DNA from: Candidatus Velthaea sp.
Lineage (GTDB): Bacteria > Vulcanimicrobiota > Vulcanimicrobiia > Vulcanimicrobiales > Vulcanimicrobiaceae
DNA length: 21,413 nt
Assembly: GCA_050012475.1 (NCBI GenBank)
Contig: JBEKHC010000088.1
Span: 1-21,413, forward strand
Direction of reading: 5' to 3'
A program made the position numbers and the translations under genes. Below are positions 15,429-21,413 of this stretch, piece after piece. Every line of letters begins with the position of its first letter. Within the stretch, counting starts at the first letter, position 1. The notes beneath the pieces were generated by a model, which was given only the letters and a program-made list of their open reading frames with translations, was not told where the DNA came from and did not search any database.

Positions 15429-16708
15429 CCATTGGAGCCGATCCGCGGTCCGTGCTTGCCGGGGGCGCGAGTTCACCGGTGCGCACCGGCCACGCCGTCG
15501 GCGGTGAACCGTTCCTGCAAAGTCACGGCGCGGGCGCCTACGCGTATGCCGATGGCCGGCGCTACATCGATTACGTCATGGCGTACGGACCGCTCTTGCT
15601 CGGGCACGCTCATCCGGCATTGTGCGCCGGACTCGATCGTGTCGCAGCGCGCGGCATGGTGTATGGGTCGACGACGGCCGATGAAGTCGCCCTGGGCGAA
15701 CGCATTCGCGATCATCTGCCGTCGATGGAACGTGTGCGCTTCACGACGACCGGCAGCGAGGCGGTGATGAGCGCGATCCGGGTAGCGCGCGCCTTTACCG
15801 GACGCGACGCAATCGTGAAGTTTTCCGGCAACTATCACGGTCACTTCGATCTCGCGCTGCTCGACGCCGGCGCCTCGGCCCACACCCGGTCGGCCCGGCA
15901 TTCGGGCATCCCTGCGGCGATCACCGCCGATCTGTTCGTCGCCCGCTACAACGATCTGGCCAGCGTCGATGCGGCGCTCGAACGCTGCGGGTCGCGTCTC
16001 GCTGCAATCGTCGTCGAGCCGATCGTCGGCAACATGGGCCTGGTGCTGCCGGCGCCCGGGTTCCTCGCAGGTCTGCGGGAGCGCGCGCACGCGTGCGGCG
16101 GACTGCTGCTGTTCGATGAAATCATCACCTGGCTGCGGCTCGGTTTCGGCGGCGCGCAGGGGCGCCTGGGCGTACGACCGGACCTCACGACGATCGGCAA
16201 GATCATCGGCGGGGGCGCTCCGTTGGCCGCGTTCGGCGGACGCGCGGACATCATGGCGGTGCTGGCGCCGGACGGCCCGTGCTTCACCGGTGGAACGCAT
16301 GCCGGTAACCCGTTCGCGGTCGAACTCGGGCTGCGAACGCTTGGCTGGCTCGAGACGCACGGTGATTGCTACGCCCGGATGGACGAGCGGGCGCAGCGGT
16401 TGGCGGCCGGGATCCGCACGGCCTTGCGCGCGCTCGACCTCGACTATGCTGTCCTCCAATTGGAGTCGATCGTCGACTTCAAGTTTCGTCCCGGCGCGCC
16501 GACGCGCAATTACGACGATGCGCAGCGGGCCGATGCCTCACTCTTTGCGGCGTTCTATCATGCGCTGCGCAAGCGCGGCGTCTTGCTGGCTCCCTCGCAA
16601 AACGAAGTCATGTTTCTTTCGACCGAACATTCCGATGACGACATTGACGAGACGATCGCCGCCATCGAAGCGTCGCTGCGCGAACTGCGCGCGGAGGGCA
16701 AGCTCTAA
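15389..16708 (+). CDS. hemL: Glutamate-1-semialdehyde 2,1-aminomutase
   Basis: Motifs GGASSPVR, YIDYVMAYGPLLLGHAHP, KFSGNYHGH, VEPIVGNMG and PLP-Lys PDLTTIGKIIGGG. Start uncertain: TTG 15389, CTG 15425 or GTG 15452. Confidence 0.88.
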   Translation: MRDPHGGSRLIDLTIGADPRSVLAGGASSPVRTGHAVGGEPFLQSHGAGAYAYADGRRYIDYVMAYGPLLLGHAHPALCAGLDRVAARGMVYGSTTADEVALGERIRDHLPSMERVRFTTTGSEAVMSAIRVARAFTGRDAIVKFSGNYHGHFDLALLDAGASAHTRSARHSGIPAAITADLFVARYNDLASVDAALERCGSRLAAIVVEPIVGNMGLVLPAPGFLAGLRERAHACGGLLLFDEIITWLRLGFGGAQGRLGVRPDLTTIGKIIGGGAPLAAFGGRADIMAVLAPDGPCFTGGTHAGNPFAVELGLRTLGWLETHGDCYARMDERAQRLAAGIRTALRALDLDYAVLQLESIVDFKFRPGAPTRNYDDAQRADASLFAAFYHALRKRGVLLAPSQNEVMFLSTEHSDDDIDETIAAIEASLRELRAEGKL

Positions 16709-17364
16709 TGCCGAATGTTTTGGGCGCCGACGCCATCGCGGCCGAACTGGCTCGCCGGCCGGGCTGGACGTACGACGGCGCGGTCATCACGCGCACCTTC
16801 GATCGGGGCGACTTCAACGGATCGATCGCTTTCGTCAACGCCGTCGCTGCGGCAGCCAATCGCCTCGATCATCATCCCGACATCGCGCTGGCCTGGAGCG
16901 AAGTGACGATCTCGACGTCGTCGCACGACGTCAAGGGAATCTCCCCGCGCGATCTGGCCCTCATCGACGCCATCGAGGCACTTTGACATGCTCCCCGGCC
17001 GCAAGGACGGGGATTCGGTTGGGCGAACCAAGGGGCCGCGCCGCTCACGGAGCGCAACGCTTGCTGCTCTCGCAGAGAATCCGCACCTATTCGGCCCTTC
17101 GGAATCTTCAGCCCAGCGCACGAAGGCTTCGTGCGCTGAACGATTCTCTTCCAGATGTGGTGACAGCGCGAGCACCCGCGCGAGGTAGTACGCAGATCGA
17201 CGCGCAGCAGCAGGCCGCCCTGGTTTTGGCTGCGCCGGCTGAGGGCCCGCTTTCGCCGTCACCTTGGTGCCGGGATTGGCGAGCGTGCCTTTTGCCGAAG
17301 CCGCCGTGATGTTGACGACGCGCAGGTCTTCCTGGATCGCGTTCGCGTGGCTCTTCCGAATCAT
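16705..17364 (-). CDS. Possible hypothetical protein or gene remnant; only about 17090-17364 looks coding
   Basis: The 5' half has gene-like codon usage and fills an otherwise empty gap. The 3' half runs antisense through phhB. No recognised motif. Confidence 0.25.
   Translation of the reverse strand: MIRKSHANAIQEDLRVVNITAASAKGTLANPGTKVTAKAGPQPAQPKPGRPAAARRSAYYLARVLALSPHLEENRSAHEAFVRWAEDSEGPNRCGFSARAASVALRERRGPLVRPTESPSLRPGSMSKCLDGVDEGQIARGDSLDVVRRRRDRHFAPGQRDVGMMIEAIGCRSDGVDESDRSVEVAPIEGARDDRAVVRPARPASQFGRDGVGAQNIRH
16708..16986 (+). CDS. phhB: Pterin-4-alpha-carbinolamine dehydratase
   Basis: Motifs LARRPGW, AFVNAVAAAANRLDHHPDI and SHDVKGISPRDL. TAATG overlap with the hemL stop. Confidence 0.9.
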   Translation: MPNVLGADAIAAELARRPGWTYDGAVITRTFDRGDFNGSIAFVNAVAAAANRLDHHPDIALAWSEVTISTSSHDVKGISPRDLALIDAIEAL

Positions 17365-17556
17365 CCAGGGCGGATCATGGTGCCGAATATGGCGCTGACA
17401 TGTTTGCGTCTGCGTAAAGTGCGCTTAGCCTCAAGCTCGCGTAAGAATCTCGTTTAACTCCCGTACTGACTTCATATTCGTAACCCGGCTACCCGAATCA
17501 AGGTGTGAGGGCTGTCATGACGCCTTCATTACCATTGAGAAGGGTCGAACGCACCG

Positions 17557-19464
17557 GTGCAAACTCAAGCAGCAGCAGGGATCGCGAAGCGGGATCGAAT
17601 CGTGCTCGGTGCCGTACTGGCGCATGTTCCGCTCGTGGCACTCGTCGGCCTATTGTGCGGCCATTTCGTCGTCGGACTGATCGCAGCGTGCGCCGCCGCC
17701 GGCCTGTGCGCGGCGGGCTACGCGACCGCCCGCGGGACGCGGCTCTTCCGGGTGTACGGCGCAATCTTGCTGATGGTCGATTCCGGCGCGCTGATCGCGG
17801 CCAGCGGCGGGCAAACGACCGTCCACTTTCACGTTTTCATCGTCATCACGTTTCTGATTCTTTACTTCGACTGGCTGCCGATCGTGGTCGCCACCGTGAC
17901 GATCGCGCTGCACCACGTGATCGGCAATCTGTTCTTCCAGCCGCTCGTCTTCGGCGACATGGCGATGGGCACGAATTCGTGGGTCACGGTGCTGGTGCAC
18001 GCGGTTGCCGTTGTCCTCGAAGCTGCTGCGGCGATCTACGTGGCCGTCCGCATTCGGAGCAGTGCCGCAGCCGTGGCCACGGTTGCCGAAACCATCGCTC
18101 AAGCGCAGATGCCGCGCTTCCGCGAGGCGATCGCGGCGATGGCCGCAGGTGATCTCACGCGCGAAGCGAGCTTCGAGATGAAACACCTCACCGTCGATAC
18201 CGGCGATGAAATCGGCCAGCTGGCCGCGACCTTCGAGGCGATGCAGGGCGAGATTGCCGCCAGCGTGGTGGCGTTCGAGCAAACGCGGGAGAAGCTGCGC
18301 AGCGTCGTCAGCGGCATCACCGAGGCAGCCTCACAACTTTCGCGTGCCAGCCGGGAGTTCACGATCGCGACCGGGCAAGCCAGCAACGCGGTCGAGACCA
18401 TCTCGACGTCCTCCGAACAAGTTGCGCACGGTACCCGCGAGCAGACGGAACAATTGGCCGAAGCCGGCGACGCGTTGGATCTCCTCACCTCGTCGGCAGA
18501 ACAAATTGCGCAAGGTGCGAACGAGCAGACAGCTGCCGTTCACGCCGTGGCGGGTGAGGTCCAGGCGCTCGACGGAGAAATTTCCGGCGTTGCTGATTTG
18601 GGAACGACGCTGACCACTGCCGCGCGCCTTGCAACGACCGAGGCGGCGACCGGAATGGAGGCCGTCGTGCAAACCGCCAAGGCGGTCAAACACCTTCACG
18701 AGCGCTCCGCCGCCACCGAGAAGCTGATGACGTCGCTCGAAAGCCGTTCGAACGCGGTCGAGGAGATCGTGAGCGTGATCGACGAGATCGCCGAGCAGAC
18801 GAACTTGCTTGCGCTCAATGCGGCAATCGAAGCGGCGCGGGCGGGCGAGCAGGGACGCGGATTCGCCGTCGTGGCCGACGAGGTGCGTAAACTCGCCGAA
18901 CGGTCGGCGACGTCGACCCGCGAAATCAGCCAAATCCTCTCCGCGATCCGGCGCGAAACCGTCGAGGCCGCGGCGTCGATGCGCGCCTCGAACGCGGATA
19001 TGGAAGCCGGCTTCACGCTCGCGGCCCAAGCCCAAAACGCGTTGACCTTGGTCGAAGCCAAGATCGCGGAAACGACGCGTGTCGCGGTCGCGATGGTGAC
19101 CGGTTCGGAGACGATGCGCGCGGCCAGCGCTCGCGCCAGCGCGAACATCGAAGCCGTTTCCTCAAACGTGCAAGACAACGCCGAAGCAGCGAGCGAAGCT
19201 GGACGGACCACGTCCGCGGTTCGTAACTCGCTGTCTGCCGTAACCGCGCAGTCGCAACTGCAGTCGTCTGCCGCCAGCGACGTTTCGACCTCGGTGCTCT
19301 CGCTGGCGGCCCAAGTTCAGGAGATGGACGCGACGGCTCAGCAAGTTTCCGGCCAAGCCGACCGCCTCATCGACATCATCGGGCACTTCAAATTGGAGCC
19401 AGCCGGCTCGACCGCGCACACCTCGCCCGCAGCGCGAGACCGCAAGGCCGCGACCGTCGCTTAG
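17557..19464 (+). CDS. Methyl-accepting chemotaxis protein with multi-TM His-rich membrane sensor and HAMP domain
   Basis: Signalling hairpin [44 protein letters not shown] motifs AGDLT...[10 protein letters not shown], and about 5-6 N-terminal TM segments. Confidence 0.95.
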   Translation: MQTQAAAGIAKRDRIVLGAVLAHVPLVALVGLLCGHFVVGLIAACAAAGLCAAGYATARGTRLFRVYGAILLMVDSGALIAASGGQTTVHFHVFIVITFLILYFDWLPIVVATVTIALHHVIGNLFFQPLVFGDMAMGTNSWVTVLVHAVAVVLEAAAAIYVAVRIRSSAAAVATVAETIAQAQMPRFREAIAAMAAGDLTREASFEMKHLTVDTGDEIGQLAATFEAMQGEIAASVVAFEQTREKLRSVVSGITEAASQLSRASREFTIATGQASNAVETISTSSEQVAHGTREQTEQLAEAGDALDLLTSSAEQIAQGANEQTAAVHAVAGEVQALDGEISGVADLGTTLTTAARLATTEAATGMEAVVQTAKAVKHLHERSAATEKLMTSLESRSNAVEEIVSVIDEIAEQTNLLALNAAIEAARAGEQGRGFAVVADEVRKLAERSATSTREISQILSAIRRETVEAAASMRASNADMEAGFTLAAQAQNALTLVEAKIAETTRVAVAMVTGSETMRAASARASANIEAVSSNVQDNAEAASEAGRTTSAVRNSLSAVTAQSQLQSSAASDVSTSVLSLAAQVQEMDATAQQVSGQADRLIDIIGHFKLEPAGSTAHTSPAARDRKAATVA

Positions 19465-19690
19465 CGGCGGCCCCGCGCGTCTACGGTGCGCACGCCGAAA
19501 AGCCGGTTCGGCATTGGAAAACGGCCCCAGGATGGCACTCGCGCGGGCGGTTCCGACGATTTCAGAACGTCGAAAATCCCGATGGAGTTAAATCCTTCGT
19601 GGCCCGGGCCCCGGGGCTCGTAGGCCTCGCGCCGAGGAGATGGAGAGCGTCCAAGAAAAAGGACCAACTCCCGTTTGTCAGCAGGGTTGT

Positions 19691-20076
19691 ATGTCAAAGC
19701 CTTCCGCCGTTTCAGCCGCCGGGTTGCTGCTCATTGCCGCGGTCCGACTGCGCCGCCGGCCCGGATCGATCGTCGCTAACCCAAATCCGCTGACGTTGGG
19801 CGCCGCAGTCTCAGATGCAAACTACGTCGTTTCGCTGACGCTCTCGCAGGAAATGCGACGGGCGAATTCGTGAGCATCACTCCCATAGGCTGCGCTGCAG
19901 TTCTGCCAACAACCCAGCCATTCGATCGGAACATCGGCGTGAACTCCGCGGGCTCGGCTACGGCAACGCTCGCGAGCTTCATCGGCGAAACTCCGATGGC
20001 TCACGGCACGTGCACCATCGCAGTCACACCGGCCTCGGGATCGGCGCTGACTTTCCCGGTCATCGGCAATCCTTAG
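19691..20076 (+). pseudogene. Frameshifted small secreted beta-rich protein
   Basis: ATG 19691 opens a signal-like MSKPSAVSAAGLLLIAAV...SQE. One extra base in GGAAATG (19849-19855) would join it to NATGEFVSITPIGC...GTCTIAVTPASGSALTFPV. Confidence 0.45.
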
Positions 20077-20208
20077 GATTCGCATGTCGTCCCGACGCGC
20101 TCCTGATAGAATACGAGATATCCGCGCTCCCCGCTCCTTCAAGCGTTGCTGGGCGCTGCGCGAGAAATGGCGAGTGTCCATCGAGCGTGTTGCGAATGAG
20201 AGGTCACA

Positions 20209-20709
20209 CTGAACGGCAAGAGCGCGCTCTTCGCGACCGCTTTGTTCGCACTCGTCTGCATCGGCATCTGCGAATCCGGCGCTTCCGCCCAAGTGACGAA
20301 GAGCGCAAGCATCTCGACGAACTCGTGCAAAGATGCGGTTGGTTCTCGAGTTGTCCTCGAATACGTGACCGGCGCCGAAAACGCCCTGTTACTCAACGGC
20401 GGCCCCATGATCTTGCTTGATGCAAACGTCATCAATCACCAGCCGATACAGCTGGCCGAGTTTCTCTACTTCAGCGAGTGCGGACACCACGTTCTCGGAC
20501 ACGTCCTCAAAGCTGCCGGCGGTGATTCACCCAAGTTGACCGACGGATCTGACGCCGATTGTTGGGCGCTGCGCTTCCTTCAACATTCGGCAGGTTACGG
20601 GGCCTCGGACACGGCGATCATTGTGGCCGGTCTCGCCGCGCTCAGAGTGCCGGGATATGCGTACCCGCAAGGTGCAGAACGCGCAAATGCTTTGCGGACA
20701 TGTCGCTGA
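20209..20709 (+). CDS. Secreted hypothetical protein, degenerate zincin-like (SECGH in place of HExxH)
   Basis: Signal peptide ending ASA-Q, with FLYFSECGHHVLGH and DADCWA motifs. Start is CTG 20209 (after GAGAGG) or TTG 20242. Confidence 0.6.
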   Translation: MNGKSALFATALFALVCIGICESGASAQVTKSASISTNSCKDAVGSRVVLEYVTGAENALLLNGGPMILLDANVINHQPIQLAEFLYFSECGHHVLGHVLKAAGGDSPKLTDGSDADCWALRFLQHSAGYGASDTAIIVAGLAALRVPGYAYPQGAERANALRTCR

Positions 20710-21198
20710 CGCGGTACGAGTGCCGCTCACCGAGGCGGTCGTGAGATAGAGACGTGACCTTCGTTGAGCTCCCAGCGCACCGCTTTCATGCGGCGATCCC
20801 CACCCAACGATTTGGATGGTCGGTCCAATGCTCGTCCTCACGACCGTTCTGGACGTGCACAGTAGCTCGGGCTCCGGCGGAACACCGGCCGCAGCATTCG
20901 CGCCGCAACAAGCAAGGATCGTCGGCGGAAGGACCGCCCAACGCCTGGTCGCGGCCGAAGCTTTCATGGCTGCGCACGCGGTTATCGGCAATTCATCCGG
21001 ATGGAAATTGGCAACAGTCGTGGGAAGCCCGTAGTTGACGCCGGCACGTTCGGCCCATACGCCGGCGGTCGCCGGCGCAATGACCGGGTCTTCGGAAAAG
21101 TTGTCTCAGCGGCTGCGCGGGGAACAAGACTTGCGCAAACGTGCGTGCAAGCTCTCGAGACGGCGATGCGCCGTGAACGATCAGCACGGAAGGACGAC

Positions 21199-21413
21199 AT
21201 GGAATCTCGACTACTCGGCCGGAGCGGTCTCAAGGTACCGCTGCTGAGCTTGGGCACGGGCACGTTCGGCGGCGGCAACGAATTCTTCAAAGCCTGGGGT
21301 TCGACGGGCGCCGATGAAGCAACGCGCATCGTCGACGTCTGCCTGGATGCCGGATTGAATTTGTTCGATTCCGCGGACATCTACTCCGACGGATTGGCCG
21401 AGGAAATCTTGGG
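21199..21413 (+). CDS. Aldo/keto reductase, N-terminal part (runs off the window)
   Basis: MESRLLGRSGLKVPLLSLGTGTFGG...CLDAGLNLFDSADIYSDGLAEEILG contains the catalytic Asp/Tyr region. SD GGAAGGA upstream. Confidence 0.93.
   Translation, partial: MESRLLGRSGLKVPLLSLGTGTFGGGNEFFKAWGSTGADEATRIVDVCLDAGLNLFDSADIYSDGLAEEIL

Noticed and set aside
16708..16986. PCD-like Rubisco assembly factor (acRAF/Raf2)
   Set aside because: The catalytic HHPD motif is intact and no Rubisco or carboxysome genes lie in the window.
20754..21038. Small ORFs 20754..21038 and 20816..21034
   Set aside because: No recognisable motif or clear support. Could be a remnant but cannot be called.
1..21413. CRISPR arrays, tRNA/rRNA genes, transposases
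   Set aside because: No regularly spaced repeats, RNA gene signatures or transposase ORFs were seen.

Overview
GC-rich bacterial window dominated by an anoxygenic photosynthesis gene cluster with a type II (quinone) reaction centre. A partial Mrp/ApbC ATPase gene lies on the minus strand. On the plus strand follow a Cys-less HMA-fold-like ORF, a cyanobacterial/plant-type phytoene desaturase (CrtP/PDS-like), crtB, pufB-pufA-pufL-pufM-pufC, a Crp-family regulator, bchF-bchC-bchX, a 460-bp structured spacer, bchY-bchZ, dprA, a photoactive yellow protein, hemL and a pterin carbinolamine dehydratase. The window ends with a multi-TM chemoreceptor, small secreted-protein ORFs (one frameshifted) and a partial aldo/keto reductase. 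The antenna peptides are Chloroflexota-like, while pufL/pufM are unfused in a pufBALMC order with no puhA here. This best fits a phototrophic Eremiobacterota/Vulcanimicrobiota (WPS-2)-like organism, which is an inference and not a database result. Most notable observations: (i) Crp/NtcA-like palindromes 22-23 nt upstream of -10 boxes at all three photosynthesis promoters, with a Crp regulator encoded in the puf operon; (ii) Asp instead of His at the PufM M182-equivalent and Phe at M210; (iii) a PYP apparently in the bchYZ transcription unit; (iv) a large branched inverted-repeat element splitting bchX from bchY; (v) several probable CTG starts.
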